Origin: an uncultured candidate division Zixibacteria bacterium
Lineage (GTDB): Bacteria > Zixibacteria > MSB-5A5 > GN15 > FEB-12
Length of the DNA: 64,000 bases
NCBI GenBank assembly: GCA_963735035.1
Contig: CAVTJJ010000003.1
Span: 544,001-608,000, forward strand
Direction of reading: 5' to 3'
Part shown: piece after piece, positions 38,241 to 47,897 of the stretch
Numbering within the stretch: position 1 is the stretch's first letter
How the letters are laid out: each line of letters starts with the position of its first letter
Position numbers and translations under genes: made by a program
Notes under the pieces: model-generated
Databases searched by the model: none
What the model saw: only the letters and a program-made list of their open reading frames with translations
Told to the model about the DNA's origin: nothing

Positions 38241-39793
38241 GCTGCTTCTCCTGCGTTCGTGCCTTCGGACAAGCGACCGAACAGGAAGTGATCTTCCCCT
38301 TTCAGCTTGATCGGGCGCAGAACAAACGAACCAGTCAGGTCGCCGGACAAATTGAATCGCCAGGCGTCGCCTTCTTGAGTTATGCGGTTGAGATGCCCGG
38401 TAAGAGTTCTTCCCCTCCAGACTGATCCTGGTAGCGGCCCTGATCGCCTGGCCAGGAAACGCTTCCCTGATGTCAGTTTGCTAAGGTCGAAGTCTGCCAG
38501 GTCTAATATCAGCGGGGCGATGTCTCCCCTGCCCAAAGTTGAACCACTTGATCGCAGAGTAAGATGTGCCAGACCATCACCGAGCCTGAGAGTAAGCTCA
38601 GAAGAAAATAAACGTCGCCGATTCTGACTTGGCGGACGATACCAATAGCCTTTGCCGGCAACCAGGGCAGTCGCCTGTGCACCGACCGGATGAATCTCAA
38701 CCCCGTCTTTGGTCATGACTTCCATGACAGCGTGCTCAAGTCGTTCGCGGGTCGCGATACGATAGGGCATCAGTCGAATTTCGTTTCTCGATCTTGAGGT
38801 TACACGGGGCAGCGTCACCATGCCCTGGCTGGGGAGAAGATGAAGCACTAGCCGCGTAACCGGACTGGTCCGACCTTCCAGATAGTCTTCCAACTGTTCA
38901 ACGGAGCAACGTTCTTTGCCGCGCTGTCCCACCAGAATACCGAGTAGTGATTCGCACCAGCGCAGCCCGATCGGGCCAAAATGATCGGACCGGCGAATCG
39001 GCTTTCCGTCCAACTGTGTCAGGGTAAGTCTATCCCCGTCTATCGCTGCAGATACCTGAAGTCCTACGTAACGTGGTATCACTAAGTAATCGGAACTCCC
39101 ACCGATATCGGCGAGGCTCAACACGGGTTCAACCGTCCATTCCGGACTCGCTATGACTGAGCTTTCGATATCGCCAGTCGTATCGCCGAGTTCTTTGACG
39201 ACCGCCGTGTTCGGAACCGCTCCCCGGTAGACCAGCGATGTTTCGAGAACCCGCTCGACCTGGCGATAGTTGAAATGACACGGTTCGGACGAGCCGGCAT
39301 GGTCGTATGACTCAAACGGCTGATGTTGACAGCGACGGATATCCTTGCCGCAGATGGAGCATTCCGGCAGATGGAAAGTGAACGCGATCGAACATTCCTT
39401 GTAGATGCCCCCGTCGAGATTGGCGCAGAACTCTTCGGCCCGGTCAGCCAGCTTCAGCCAGTAGAAATAGCTCTTCACCCAGGGACGTCCGTCCCGGTCA
39501 ACGGTCGTAGCGTGAAACGTTCGCGCTACCGGAAGTTGGTCTTTGCGATGTCCCACGAGAACCGGCGAGTCCACCAGAAGTTGGGCGAGTCCCGAATGCT
39601 CCTCAACCGGGAACCGGCCTCCGAAAGAGTTGACCTGGTCTGATACAATGTACATCGCCCTGATGTAGACGTCATCCGCCGATACCCGGGCCGGCGGCTT
39701 GATATTGACATTAATCAACTCCACCAACTCTGCCGGTATTTCCTGTCCCGGTTCGGCCAGTTCCGCTACTACCCTACCCATGCTCAGGGTCAT
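38237..39793 (-). CDS. Prohead protease-like protein with Cys/His finger, fused to degenerate ATP-dependent ligase and LigD-phosphoesterase-like domains
   Basis: GGAGG RBS; VLVGH, GGIYKECSIAF, CSICGKD..CQH, ETSLVYRGAVP; C-terminal half YLVIPRYVG..IDGDRLTL and FNLSGDLTGSFVLR. Confidence 0.6.
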   Translation of the reverse strand: MTLSMGRVVAELAEPGQEIPAELVELINVNIKPPARVSADDVYIRAMYIVSDQVNSFGGRFPVEEHSGLAQLLVDSPVLVGHRKDQLPVARTFHATTVDRDGRPWVKSYFYWLKLADRAEEFCANLDGGIYKECSIAFTFHLPECSICGKDIRRCQHQPFESYDHAGSSEPCHFNYRQVERVLETSLVYRGAVPNTAVVKELGDTTGDIESSVIASPEWTVEPVLSLADIGGSSDYLVIPRYVGLQVSAAIDGDRLTLTQLDGKPIRRSDHFGPIGLRWCESLLGILVGQRGKERCSVEQLEDYLEGRTSPVTRLVLHLLPSQGMVTLPRVTSRSRNEIRLMPYRIATRERLEHAVMEVMTKDGVEIHPVGAQATALVAGKGYWYRPPSQNRRRLFSSELTLRLGDGLAHLTLRSSGSTLGRGDIAPLILDLADFDLSKLTSGKRFLARRSGPLPGSVWRGRTLTGHLNRITQEGDAWRFNLSGDLTGSFVLRPIKLKGEDHFLFGRLSEGTNAGEAA

Positions 39794-39977
39794 CTATACC
39801 TCCACGTATGCATCTGCTCAAGGGGACAAATGTGCAATCTGCACTAAGTTAATACCGAAAGTGTGCAGACCATTTCAGAGAGGGGATTAATCCGTTTGGA
39901 GTAATTGGCTCTAGTTGTCAATGACTATCTTATTGCCCAGCAGTGCGTTCGCTATGCGCGAATCACCAAGAAGAAAC

Positions 39978-39993
39978 AGGCACGACCTTTGCT
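39978..39993 (+). promoter_or_regulatory. Sigma54 -24/-12 promoter of the PEP-CTERM gene
   Basis: aGGCACGacctTTGCT matches TGGCACG-N4-TTGCW; inverted repeat GTGCA-atc-TGCAC at 39832-39844 is a possible enhancer. Confidence 0.7.
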
Positions 39994-40043
39994 TAAACCT
40001 CGCCGAAGCCGCGCAACAATCGGCTCTGAAAGGTGAAAAGAAT

Positions 40044-40421
40044 ATGACACTGTATCGCAGTCGTACCAGCCAGCCACTCAAGTGGATTGTTGCTCTCTTC
40101 GTTTTCGCCCTCGTGATGGGAGTGACTTTCTCTGACGTCTATGGCCAGGACCATCACAACGGCGGCAAGCCGGGTGACAACAACTTTCACGGCGACCGTG
40201 GCAAGAATGACGATCATAACGGTGGCCACTATGGTAACAATGGTGGCAACGGCGGCGGCAACAACGGCGACCATGGAAATGGTGGCGGTGGAGACAATGG
40301 CGGCAACGGCGGCAATGATAACCCGGCCCCGTCTTCCGTTCCTGAACCGGGCACGTTGATTCTTCTCGCCGGTGGATTGAGCGCTCTTTATGTAGCTCGT
40401 CGGAACAAGTCAGTTAAGTAA
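40044..40421 (+). CDS. Small Gly/Asn/His-rich PEP-CTERM protein
   Basis: Signal peptide, low-complexity core, VPEPGTLILLAGGLSALYVARR. Confidence 0.92.
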   Translation: MTLYRSRTSQPLKWIVALFVFALVMGVTFSDVYGQDHHNGGKPGDNNFHGDRGKNDDHNGGHYGNNGGNGGGNNGDHGNGGGGDNGGNGGNDNPAPSSVPEPGTLILLAGGLSALYVARRNKSVK

Positions 40422-40505
40422 TCGAAGATATAGATCCCCAATCCCTCCCTTTAACGCCTTCCGGTCATACTTGAACCGGAGGGCGTTTTGCGTTTGGTCG
40501 ATCTC

Positions 40506-41852
40506 TCATACTGCTCCCACCCGAGGTGACGGCGAAAACACCGGCGAACTTCTTAACGGCCACAGGGCCAGACCCAGCGCCATGAGGGCATCGCATTCGT
40601 TGTTGTCGTCCCATCGCGCGGCCCGAAGTTCTGATTCAAGCGACCACGACCTTCCCGGACCATCCGGCAATTCCCAGCGATCATAGATGATCGTCTTCCG
40701 CGCGTGCCACAGCTCGACGTTGGTCAGAAGCTCGGCTTTGGACGCCGCCGTGAATATGACCGCTTCGGGGCGGTAGTCGCGCAACTGCTCAACCACAACA
40801 TCCCCCAAACCGGTGGCATCGATCACCAGCCGCCCCGGATAGAGCTGCTGGCGCTGCCTTATCTTTTCGAGCACCACCACCCAGTCAAATTGCTTGAAGC
40901 GTTCGAGCGCCACTATGCGGGCGCGGCCGTCCTTCACTTCGACAGTAATACCCACGGTCGCGGTCTTCTTCCGCGCGAGGTCCCAGCCGGAAATGTAGCG
41001 GCAACTCTTCGGATCGACAATTGCCGACTCTTGTCGACCGGCATCCAGCGCAGCATCGACATACTCGCCTTTGAGTATTTCGCCTCCGGAATCCACGAAC
41101 TGCCCCATAATGTTCTGCTTCAGCCGGCTCTCGGAGAAGTACTTCACCCGCTCATCGAGAAAGTCTCGTGAGACATTCGGATTGTCACGACTGTCGCCGG
41201 ACTGAAAGTATCCGGGACGATTGCCTTCACTGATCTCGCGGGCGCGGCGATAGAACCAATTCTTGCCGTTCGGGGTCGAGACCAGATCGAGCCGCCCTTC
41301 ACGGTCGGCCAGCCGCATCAGGATGACTTCCTCGACCACATACTCCGGCGATGTTTCAAACGCAACTTCATCGAAAATGAACAGGTCGTAGTCGTTCCCA
41401 AGCAGATACTCGCCGCGATTCTGAGTCGTGCGGGCTTCTATGGTCGCGCCGTTGCCGAATGTAAGACAGGGAAACGGCGTCCAGACCAAATCAGACATCA
41501 GCGACGACACCAGCGGCGACTGGCGCAGCAGTCGCAGCACTTGACTGAACACCAAGTTAGCCTGTGGTTGGGTTATCGACGCCACCACCGCGCGATACCG
41601 CTGCGTATCATCGAACTTGAGAGGCCGCACGCGGTAGATAGCGCCATGAATGAGCTTCACCGCCGATACGAACGACTTCCCCCACCGGTTGCCGGTAACC
41701 AGAACATTCTCGCTCCGGGTCGATCCGTTTAGCCAGGCCTGTTGCCCCGGATGCAATTCGACTTCGAGAAAATGCCGCGCGAAGAATGTCGGGTCTTCCA
41801 GCCCGCGCCGCCAATCGTCGTAAGTCGGCGATGGGATTACAGCAGGGTCCAA
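40506..41852 (-). CDS. Terminase large subunit
   Basis: LHPGQ, Walker A GNRWGKS, Walker B FIFDE, STPNGKNWFY, nuclease GWDLA, IDATGLGD, CDALMALGLA; intact ORF. Confidence 0.92.
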   Translation of the reverse strand: MDPAVIPSPTYDDWRRGLEDPTFFARHFLEVELHPGQQAWLNGSTRSENVLVTGNRWGKSFVSAVKLIHGAIYRVRPLKFDDTQRYRAVVASITQPQANLVFSQVLRLLRQSPLVSSLMSDLVWTPFPCLTFGNGATIEARTTQNRGEYLLGNDYDLFIFDEVAFETSPEYVVEEVILMRLADREGRLDLVSTPNGKNWFYRRAREISEGNRPGYFQSGDSRDNPNVSRDFLDERVKYFSESRLKQNIMGQFVDSGGEILKGEYVDAALDAGRQESAIVDPKSCRYISGWDLARKKTATVGITVEVKDGRARIVALERFKQFDWVVVLEKIRQRQQLYPGRLVIDATGLGDVVVEQLRDYRPEAVIFTAASKAELLTNVELWHARKTIIYDRWELPDGPGRSWSLESELRAARWDDNNECDALMALGLALWPLRSSPVFSPSPRVGAV

Positions 41853-43106
41853 ATCTTTTCGCGCGCCTGTTCCTTGTCGATCAACCCGGCCTGATAGAGT
41901 TTCAGGACATTGTCCACCCGGCCGCTTTCCATTGCGAGATTATCCTTCGCCTGATACGCGAAAGCATTGTCGAACTCATACCGACAGCGGACGTTTATTC
42001 CCGCCAAAGCCAGGTCAATCCCGGCGATCCATTCGAGAAAACGAGCCACCTCGGCCTGCACCGAGCGGACCTGCCGCATGACCACATCGAATTTGAACCC
42101 CGACCAGGTCGTGGTCGCACCGTAGGAGTATCCGAGTAGATATGGGGCCAGATGCGTCCCGGCGCAAATCTCCTCGATCATCGACCGATGGCTCATGAAC
42201 CAACTGCTGGTCACATCGCGCGATTTCTCAGGCGCGACATGGCCGATCTCAACATTGTCCCAGGTGACCGGGTTGTCGTCGATCTCAAGTGTCTTGATCA
42301 TTCGCACGGTGGCGTCGAAATACCCGTTGATACGATCGGTGTAGGCACTGTCCGACTCACCCCCCATCCGCTCCGGCGGGGTGATCTTCACGTGCAGCCG
42401 ATGAAACCCGGAATTGTGGCTGGATCGGCGCATGTCGTCCACCAGTTGTTGCTCTACGTAAGACACGAACGGAATGGCTTGCAGAATCGACCGTCCAAAC
42501 GGCTGCGCGATTCCACCGTTGAACGGGACGTAGTAGAAATCGGGACGGTCCAGCGCTATCGTAGTGTGATCCAGTTCCAGCATCAGCCGTCTTTGGCCTG
42601 TGTCTTGATCCGCGCGAAGATTGATCGGATCGACCGGGATAAACTGATCGACCCCTTCGTCCCCATGCACGGTCAGGAATCCCGCGAAGATCCCGTCACG
42701 ATATAGCGACATGAACAGGTCCGGCAACAGACTGTCCAGGCCGATCCGATTCCCCGACGGATTCGTGTACATACGGCGTACTAATTGATCGAGTCGTTCC
42801 TGCGCTTTGGCGGAAGTACGGCCGTCATCGTTGTCCATAACCTTGAATCGCCCCGGCGCGGCCGACAATCGCACCCAGGTCCAGATGCAGGCATTGATGA
42901 CCGGAATCTGGTCGGTGAGGAAATCGATAGAGTAGTTTGCGCCAGCGTCCTGATTCGATGTCCTGATAACTCCATCGCAACACTGCTTCCATCTTGTCGG
43001 CGGTGGCAAATTTGTTTCGTTCCATCGGCTTGATCAGTGTGGCGTCACGAAGTTGATTCGCCGACAAACCTGTTCCGTTTGACGGCGCGTGCCCGATTTC
43101 ATGCAT
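41837..43106 (-). CDS. Phage portal-like protein, one frameshift at ~42937
   Basis: AGGGAG RBS and ATG 43106; IPVINACI, FIPVDP, PFGRSIL, EEICAG..LAPYLLG, LYQAGLIDKEQAR; adjacent to TerL. Confidence 0.75.
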
Positions 43107-43229
43107 AGCATTTCTCCCTTTTGGTGAAACTCGGGGGCAACGGATCACCTTTGATGATCGTGTGAATTTGCGACCAACACGTTGCGAATCCCGCTGCGAC
43201 TGGCCCACTTCGACCACTCTACATGTGCC

Positions 43230-43955
43230 CGTCCCGCCGCGGCGGATCCACATCTGCCAGCTCGTACTACTACTGTCCCATGTCTGTCTTGCCCCGGTTT
43301 AGGCGGGCATCAAAGGGTGTCAATTCCCTCTTTAATCGGCAGGGTTCCAACCCTGCCGTGCGCATTCCGGCAGGCACAGAGGCCTGCCGATTAAAGTAAA
43401 CACTCTCTTGCCCCGCTTCAGGCAGGGCACCCAGGGGTTGTTTGATCGGTAGCCAGTAGGTCAGGAGCCCTTAGGCTCCTGACAATCGACATTCATGCTT
43501 TGCGCGAATCTCAATTGTAGGTCAGGCCTACTCGGGGCCTGACGTTTTGACTATCCGGCAGATGTGGGCATCTGCCGGGCACGGTTGCGCGAATGTCAGG
43601 CGTCAAGTCCGCCTGACCTACCGGTCTGTAAAATTTCGGTACCCCACCCAACGTGCCTGTTGAACCCCCCCCCGAACGTTGTTGCGTCAGGTCTTGCGCC
43701 GCCACAGGCGGCGTGTGACCTGACGCGTTGCAGCGACTTAGGGAATCACTATCGTGCGTCGAATGATACGAATTGAGGCAAGACAGGCTTTTTTAACAGG
43801 CCCCAACGGGTGGGATTATTAGTTGTCGAGATCGATCTCCTTCGCGAAGACCCACCTGTTAGGTGGGGTACAAGTTGTAGGTCAGGCCTACTCGGCGGCC
43901 TCACATCTTCACCGTAATCCAACCCGAATGTCAGGCGTCAAGTACGCCTGATCGG
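43230..43955. repeat. Dense nested REP/REPIN/MITE mosaic
   Basis: REPIN 43517-43621 with nested CCGGCAGATG palindrome; further GTAGGTCAGG copies; MITE 43653-43803. Confidence 0.8.
43653..43803. mobile_element. MITE-like element, copy 2, with 4-bp target duplication
   Basis: TIRs GTGCCTGTTGAA / TTTAACAGGCCC flanked by CAAC (43649-43652 and 43804-43807). Confidence 0.72.
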
Positions 43956-44093
43956 GAGCCAGTAAAGGCCCAATAACCCCCCTCCTCGCCTCACCGGAAT
44001 CCGGTTGCCATCGCCGCCCTTCGTCGTTATCTTCCCCATCGTGTGGTTATCGGGGCGGCGGTATGACTCATAAACCGCGCCTCAAACGATTAA

Positions 44094-45326
44094 ATGAGTG
44101 GTTGGGCAATGGAACCCGAGTGTAGCAGCAACAATCTGATCTATCTGGACAACGCGGCCACCTCCTGGCCGAAACCGGACAAAGTCTATCAGTTTATGAT
44201 AGACTTTTATCGTTCCTGCGGGGTAAATCCGGGACGGAGTGGTTTTGACAAGGCGATCGAGGCCGGCAACATTCTCGAAAATCTGCGCAAGAAACTTACC
44301 CGGTTTTTCGGCGGCGACGAGGCCCATCCGGAACGCCTCTGTTTCGGCTACAACGCCACCGACGCGCTTAACCTTCTGATTATGGGGATGCTCAGTCCCG
44401 GCGACCACGTCATCACGACCAATGTCGAGCACAACTCGGTCATCCGTCCGATCCGCCACCTGATGCGCGACAATGGCGTCGAAGCGACTTTCGTTCGCTT
44501 TGATGACAACGGGTTTGTCGATCCCGACGATATCAAGAAAGCGATCCGCAAGAACACTAAGCTGGTCGTGGTCAACCACGGCTCGAACGTGCTCGGAACG
44601 GTTCAGCCGGTGGCGCAGATCGGCGCTATCTGTCACGCTACCGATATCAGGTTTATCATAGACACGTCGCAGACCGCCGGTATGGTGCCGATCAACATGA
44701 AGGCGATGCAGGTCGACGCGCTCGCGTTCACCGGCCACAAGTCGCTCATGGGCTCGACCGGTATCGGCGGCATCTGTGTGGGCGACGGGGTCGAGATCAA
44801 ACACACTCGCGCCGGCGGCACCGGGGTGCGTTCGGCGTATCCGTATCATCTTGATGAATATCCGTACCGGATGGAATACGGCACGCCCAACATGGTCGGG
44901 GTGGCGTCGCTCTGGGCGGGGCAGGAATGGATCGACGAACAGGGCGGGGTGGATGCGATTCATGCTTACGAGATGAAGCTCGCGAAGAAGCTGGTGGACG
45001 GGTTCAAAAAGATCGACGGCGTCACGGTGTACTGCTGCGACTCGCTCGAGAATCATCTGTCGACGGTGACGATGAATGTCGACGGATTCGAGGCGGGGAA
45101 TGTCGGCACGATGCTGGATGTCGATTTCGATATCGCCACGCGGACAGGCTTGCACTGTGCGCCGCTCGTGCATGAACAACTCGGTTTGGTGGAGATACAC
45201 GGCGGGGTGCGGTTCGCGATTGGACCGTTCAACACCGAAGCGCATATCGACAAGGCGATTGCAGCGATTGCCGAGATCGCGAAGCGGGCGCAGAAGATCC
45301 GCAAGCCGGCCCTGCAGGGGAAGTAA
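44094..45326 (+). CDS. Cysteine desulfurase family aminotransferase class V
   Basis: IYLDNAATSWPKP, EHNSV, FTGHKSLMG, RTGLHCAP. Confidence 0.93.
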   Translation: MSGWAMEPECSSNNLIYLDNAATSWPKPDKVYQFMIDFYRSCGVNPGRSGFDKAIEAGNILENLRKKLTRFFGGDEAHPERLCFGYNATDALNLLIMGMLSPGDHVITTNVEHNSVIRPIRHLMRDNGVEATFVRFDDNGFVDPDDIKKAIRKNTKLVVVNHGSNVLGTVQPVAQIGAICHATDIRFIIDTSQTAGMVPINMKAMQVDALAFTGHKSLMGSTGIGGICVGDGVEIKHTRAGGTGVRSAYPYHLDEYPYRMEYGTPNMVGVASLWAGQEWIDEQGGVDAIHAYEMKLAKKLVDGFKKIDGVTVYCCDSLENHLSTVTMNVDGFEAGNVGTMLDVDFDIATRTGLHCAPLVHEQLGLVEIHGGVRFAIGPFNTEAHIDKAIAAIAEIAKRAQKIRKPALQGK

Positions 45327-45583
45327 TCGTGGGCGGTTAGCCTGCCCCCGACTTGATCGGGGGTCCTCGTCTGCCCCTTCATGGTGCCCCAGCGCTCGCG
45401 CTGGGTCTTCTGGGTGGCCCACCATTTATGGTGGGGTCGAACAATTGATTCTTATTGACGCCGCAGCAATGCGGCGTTATTTTTTGGTATGCGAGGTCGA
45501 GGCGCGGGGTATAGCAACTGGAATACGGAAGCACTGGACGGCGCTGTTGGGTGCTCACTTGTTGACCCTTTGAGGGTTAACTG

Positions 45584-46051
45584 ATGTCACTAATCAAATG
45601 TCCGGATTGTAGTAGAAGCATCAGCGATGGTGCCATAGCTTGCCCAAACTGTGGGTGCAAACTTACTCCGGTCAATATCTCTAAAGGGAAAAAGGCCGCC
45701 GAAAGGGAGGCCATTTCCGGCATAGGTTGCCTCACAGTCATGGTGGTCTGCGCTGTCATTGTCGGCGCTATCTTATTTCTTAATCGTGGCGGGGAAAACG
45801 GACCAGACAAAATGGGAGCTTTTGTAATGAGCCAGAGCTTCGTTGAAGAACGGCTGAAAGCGCCTGCAACAGCAAATTTCTGCTCTTACGGTGATGCAAC
45901 GGTTACGGATCTGGGTGGAGGTCGATTCAAAGTATTGGCATACGTGGATGCTGAAAACAGTTTTGGAGCCAAACTCCGAAATCATTACACGTGCGTTTTG
46001 AAAAGCAGTGATGGCTCAACTTGGTCCCTTGAAAGTCTGGATATGCAGTAG
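45584..46051 (+). CDS. Zinc-ribbon membrane protein
   Basis: LIKCPDC..SDGAIACPNCG, TM helix, LKAPATANF..VDAENSFGA. Confidence 0.75.
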   Translation: MSLIKCPDCSRSISDGAIACPNCGCKLTPVNISKGKKAAEREAISGIGCLTVMVVCAVIVGAILFLNRGGENGPDKMGAFVMSQSFVEERLKAPATANFCSYGDATVTDLGGGRFKVLAYVDAENSFGAKLRNHYTCVLKSSDGSTWSLESLDMQ

Positions 46052-46125
46052 TTTCCTGGTGGCGCAATTTCTCTGATCAGCAACTGGCATATAAGCAGGG
46101 TTTTGAATCAGGTTAAGAGGGTTCA

Positions 46126-46746
46126 ATGGCAATAGACTTCGGCAGCCTACAGAAAGAGGACCAGCAGAGAATTGCGGCATTCCTCATGACTGCGGACAAG
46201 TTGCAGCATTCCGACTTGTTCAAAGGCAAATTTTCCTTAAGGTATATCATAAAGTACGAAGCGGAGCAGGGGACTGTCCAAGAACGAATCGATCGGCCAT
46301 CAGAAAAGGATGTACGCGATGCGATATTGGATTTGCGGAAGTTTGTGGCAAATTCGGAAAGCATCTTCTTCAAGGCGATCTGTAATCGTCTATACTTGCT
46401 CTTGGATGATCCAGTAGCCCGAGAGAACCTCGACTCTGTGAGACAAGGATTCAAGGATTCGATGGCAGGGCTGGATGGTTCTGCAACAGTGAGAATTGGC
46501 CTTAAGTCGAGCCAAGGAGCAAGACCGGAGTTCCTTAAGCCAGAGAATGTCCTTGATCTCTATCTCAACGGCGACTATTTCCACATTGATAAAGACAAAG
46601 CTACGAAGCTGGAAGTAGTGAAGGCCATGGGTCCAGTGGCGGAACTTGCTTTTCTGCAAGCGATAGGAAACATTGCATCTTGTGTATTCTACTTAGCAGC
46701 CATGATCAGAAGAGAATTTGCACTACCCATTGAACTTCAGAAGTAA
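46126..46746 (+). CDS. Hypothetical protein (lower GC)
   Basis: 206-aa ORF with RBS; YLNGDYFHID. Confidence 0.65.
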   Translation: MAIDFGSLQKEDQQRIAAFLMTADKLQHSDLFKGKFSLRYIIKYEAEQGTVQERIDRPSEKDVRDAILDLRKFVANSESIFFKAICNRLYLLLDDPVARENLDSVRQGFKDSMAGLDGSATVRIGLKSSQGARPEFLKPENVLDLYLNGDYFHIDKDKATKLEVVKAMGPVAELAFLQAIGNIASCVFYLAAMIRREFALPIELQK

Positions 46747-46909
46747 ATCAAATCCGGTAGCCGACAGCTCTGCTGTGGGAGTTTTGGCATGTGAGCGCTG
46801 TCGGGTTTCGTCGCCGTTCGCTTCGCGAACGTGTCCGTGTTTCCGAGCTCGCAGGGAACCGGGACTGTTTCGAGAATGTTTGACGAACAGACAAGCAGGA
46901 GTATACAAT

Positions 46910-47108
46910 ATGAGCCAGAAACTCTATCTCATCATGTCGGGAGTCGTCTTTCTCGTTGTAGGCGTGATCCATCTCGTCAGGCTGATCAATCACGTGCCTG
47001 TAATGGTCGGCGCCACCGAAGTACCGATGGCTACTATCGTACGTCGGTTTTCCGGCCGCCCTTGTCCTTTGTATCTGGGCGTGGAGCTCGCTCAGAGCCG
47101 GACGGTAG
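46910..47108 (+). CDS. Small 2-TM membrane protein, +1 frameshift at ~47033
   Basis: AGGAG RBS; MSQKLYLIMSGVVFLVVGVIHLVRL..PM continues as SYVGFPAALVLCIWAWS in the next frame. Confidence 0.6.
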
Positions 47109-47785
47109 CCCGAGGCTCTGCTGTGGGGTGTTGGTATTCATGTGAGCCGGCAGATGTGGGCATCTGCCGGGCACGTATAAGGTCCGTCATGCCCGGCTCG
47201 GTCGGGCATCCATGACTACTCGCGGTCGCAAGGCCCCAATCGCAACAATTTAAGCCTGCCGGTCTTGATTACCCCATAGACCCCCGACGTCTCGGGGGTG
47301 ACGGAGCTGGTGCTCCGTAATGTTCCTTTCCACCATGAATGGTGGGCCACCCGTCTACAAGAAACGGGACGTCAGTCCCGTCATCCCGACGGAAGTCGGG
47401 ACCCAGTTGTGATCGATATGTCAGCGGCGTCTTGGCTTGACCTTCCCTTCGCTATGAAAGCTCAGAACATTAGCGTCTACGCTTTTTCCAACACAACTGG
47501 GCCCCGGTTTACACCGGGGTGACGGAGCTGGTGCTCCGTAATGTCTTCGAAACAGCTACCTACAATTCTTGGATGCCCCGGTCAAGCCGGGGCAGGACAG
47601 TGTTGGGGGAGGTTCATACGAGTCGGCAGATGTGGGCATCTGCCGGGCACGGTGTACGACAGGTAGGCCGCCCGTCCGCTCACACCACACCCAGCGCGAG
47701 CGCTGGGGCACCAGGTTTCCGTACATGCCGGCAGATGTGGGCATCTGCCGGGCACGGTGAACGACTGGCGGGCCGCCCCCCCCGG
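47104..47785. repeat. REP mosaic
   Basis: Three CGGCAGATGTGGGCATCTGCCGGGCAC copies (near 47147, 47623, 47728) and two GGGGTGACGGAGCTGGTGCTCCGTAAT copies. Confidence 0.8.
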
Positions 47786-47897
47786 TCGTTTTAACTTCCA
47801 TTGAATCGAATACGCGCATAATCTTCGAGTACAGTGTTGACGACACAGTCTATCGAATCACAAATCGAATAATAACGCTCGACTGAAAGGATACATT

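Noticed and set aside
31065..43106. Intact inducible prophage or encapsulin locus
   Set aside because: No integrase, replication, tail or lysis modules are visible; portal and terminase argue against an encapsulin
43996..44021. Third ECF promoter upstream of the cysteine desulfurase
   Set aside because: GGAAT is followed at N18 by CTT rather than GTT
44082..45425. Long antisense ORFs (447 aa here; also 882-1838, 24315-25289, 27209-28033)
   Set aside because: Shadows of well-supported opposite-strand genes in GC-rich DNA, with no motifs
47104..47785. CRISPR array suggested by recurring ~28-nt palindromes
   Set aside because: Spacing is irregular, copies are dispersed in both orientations across the window, and there are no cas genes; these are REP-like
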